A stretch of DNA of 17,984 bases from Oligoflexales bacterium (GTDB lineage Bacteria; Bdellovibrionota_B; Oligoflexia; Oligoflexales; CAIYRB01). This document shows, in pieces, positions 16,132 to 17,984 of the stretch. Location: contig JBGSUI010000032.1 in NCBI GenBank assembly GCA_041736175.1, positions 1 through 17,984 of the forward strand, read 5' to 3'. Both the position numbers and the translations under genes were made by a program. Below the pieces are notes generated by a model. It saw only the letters and a list, made by a program, of their open reading frames with translations. It ran no database searches and was not told the origin of the DNA. How positions within the stretch are numbered: position 1 is the stretch's first letter; every line of letters begins with the position of its first letter.

Positions 16132-17628
16132 CTGACTGAATCAAACCCGAACTCAGTACACCGTCCTTCGAGATTTTTCGGACGCAATTTAGAGTTTAAG
16201 GAACTTCAGGATCGTATAAAGAAGCGAGGTTCCGCTTTTTTTGCTGTCAAAGGGCGGCGGCGTATAGGTAAATCGACTTTACTCAAAAAGGCAATGGAGG
16301 ACTGCGCCGAGGGGTTTTATTTTTTTGGCATTCAGGGCGAAAGCAATGGAAACCTACTACGGCGTTTTGTTGCTCAATGGGGTATTTTCAGCGACTCCTC
16401 GCTGGTGAAACTGGCGCCGCGCTTTCTGCAGTGGCAGGAGGTGGTTGACGACATAAAAAAATACGTCGCCTCGCACAAGCTTGTGATCGTCCTTGACGAA
16501 ATCCAATGGATTCATACGCTGAAGAACGGCTTTAACGGTTATCTCAAGGATCTGTGGGAATCGACCAAAGGCACCGGCAACATTAAGGTCATCATCTCGG
16601 GTTCGTCCCGTCGCTATTTCAGCGAACACGTCGAGAATCAGAATTCCACGCTATACGGCCTCAAAACCCATGGGGCGATCGTCGTGCCGCCTTTTGCCCT
16701 CGACGAAGTGCGGCGCTTCTATTTTCCCAAATGGAGCCTAGAGCAGGCTGCTCTGGTCTACATGATGGTCGGGGGGATTCCCTATTACCTTGAAAACGTG
16801 GCATACGGTGATAATTTCATGCGTGCCGTGGAAAATACCTTCTTTGTCAAAAGTTCGTTGTTTTTGGAAGAGGCGCGGGAGATTCTGTCGACCGAGTATC
16901 GCCGCCGTCCGATGGTTGATAAAGTCATGCTGACTTTGGCGGCTCTCGCGCGCGGGATTGTCCGCGAAGAAAATCTGTGCAAAACCCTTAAGGTCAGTCA
17001 GCCCAATATGAACCAGATTCTGTCATTTTTGCTCGACCTGGGCTTCATTCTTCGTGCGACGGAATGCGATGATTCCGGAGGTTGGTCGGACAAGAGCTAT
17101 TTTTTAAATGATTTCTTCCTGCGATTTTATTTTCTGGTCATCGAAAAATATAAGGCGCGGATCTACAGTGGCGAGGATAGTATTTTTTACAATCATGTAA
17201 GTGACGACGGCTACTATATCAGAAATTTCTCTGGGGTAGCCTTTGAAGCCCTGCTGCGTGCTCATATCGTCCGTGACGAACTCTTTTGTCCCACGGCCAA
17301 GCCAGCGAGGTTATTTGACCGGCTAATGCTCAAGGAGGGCCATGATTATGCCGTAAGCGAGTTTCGTCGCGCGTCGGAGGCGCAGATCGATCTGGTGATC
17401 AGTAACAAAACCGACCGTGAACTGCGCTTTATCGAGGTGAAATGGCTCAGCCGCGAGCTTACCGCCAAGGAGTTGACCCAAAACATCGAAAAGACAAAGG
17501 TGCGAGCGAACAGTTACGCCCAGCACATGGGTCATGCCTCTTATATACAAAGTTACTTTGTAGCGGTGAACCGGACCCGCCTTACTTCCAACGACCAGTT
17601 AATCAGGCTCCTGGATTTGGTAGACTAG
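16132..17628 (+). CDS. AAA/P-loop ATPase with C-terminal PD-(D/E)XK nuclease-like (DUF234-type) domain
   Basis: In frame upstream of ATG 16294: RFFGRNLEFKEL...AVKGRRRIGKSTLL (Walker A). Then IVLDEIQW (Walker B), IISGSS, GGIPYYL, a wHTH-like region, DFFLRFYF, G.AFE, QIDLVI...FIEVKW. The start is uncertain; CTG 16132 is the best candidate. Confidence 0.85.
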   Translation: MTESNPNSVHRPSRFFGRNLEFKELQDRIKKRGSAFFAVKGRRRIGKSTLLKKAMEDCAEGFYFFGIQGESNGNLLRRFVAQWGIFSDSSLVKLAPRFLQWQEVVDDIKKYVASHKLVIVLDEIQWIHTLKNGFNGYLKDLWESTKGTGNIKVIISGSSRRYFSEHVENQNSTLYGLKTHGAIVVPPFALDEVRRFYFPKWSLEQAALVYMMVGGIPYYLENVAYGDNFMRAVENTFFVKSSLFLEEAREILSTEYRRRPMVDKVMLTLAALARGIVREENLCKTLKVSQPNMNQILSFLLDLGFILRATECDDSGGWSDKSYFLNDFFLRFYFLVIEKYKARIYSGEDSIFYNHVSDDGYYIRNFSGVAFEALLRAHIVRDELFCPTAKPARLFDRLMLKEGHDYAVSEFRRASEAQIDLVISNKTDRELRFIEVKWLSRELTAKELTQNIEKTKVRANSYAQHMGHASYIQSYFVAVNRTRLTSNDQLIRLLDLVD

Positions 17629-17984
17629 GAATTTGGAAACAAATATTGTCAACTTTCCCAGGGGCCAAGAAAGGTGTCCCAAGCCAATGCTGATGTCCTT
17701 TTTGCAAACCTCAAAGGCAAATCGAAACGGGAGGCTGGCAGCGTCAGGCCAGTAACCAATGAGTGGTGGGGTAGGGGCGGGCGAGACCGCAAGTGTAGAG
17801 GCAGAAGAAGCCGAACCCAGCGGTCGAAGCCGGTTTGTTATGCCCAGCGCCGGCTGAAAGTTCTCTAGAACCCGCGCACAGACTGGGTTTTTTGCGACTC
17901 CAATTTTCGCTCATCTTTCCAAAACCTATCTGAGGTCGGCTAAGCTCGATCCAAAAATAAATTTAAAGTATTTAAAATTTAAAA

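Noticed and set aside
17712..17760. GGCAAATCGAAACGGGAGGC resembling the start of a c-di-GMP-I riboswitch
   Set aside because: The stem around GAAA is too short, and the GACGCAAA motif and second hairpin are absent.
17674..17914. Short ORFs at the right end (64 aa plus, about 56 aa minus) and a weak hairpin near 17869-17893
   Set aside because: No recognisable motifs, weak RBS and an imperfect stem; cannot be supported.

Overview
A bacterial chromosomal segment of roughly 45-50% GC by eye. Gene content suggests a Bdellovibrionota/Oligoflexia-like lineage (inference only). Left half, mostly housekeeping: a truncated ABC ATPase interrupted by a short inverted-repeat-bounded segment, a nitroreductase, a vapBC toxin-antitoxin pair, a minus-strand run of hemL, mqnA and a membrane protein, then a GT4 glycosyltransferase and clpB. 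Right half, accessory: (1) a 1399-aa secreted phage-tail-fibre-like repeat protein with a near-consensus sigma-28 promoter and a nested 486/141-bp repeat structure that includes a chimeric unit; (2) a 5'-truncated HNH endonuclease, back-to-back with an inverted degenerate copy of part of itself and associated with CCCGGG-centred palindromes; (3) a Cys-containing exported hypothetical protein; (4) an AAA-ATPase/PD-(D/E)XK nuclease whose Walker A motif lies upstream of the first canonical start codon. All calls come from motif recognition by eye; no database searches were run.
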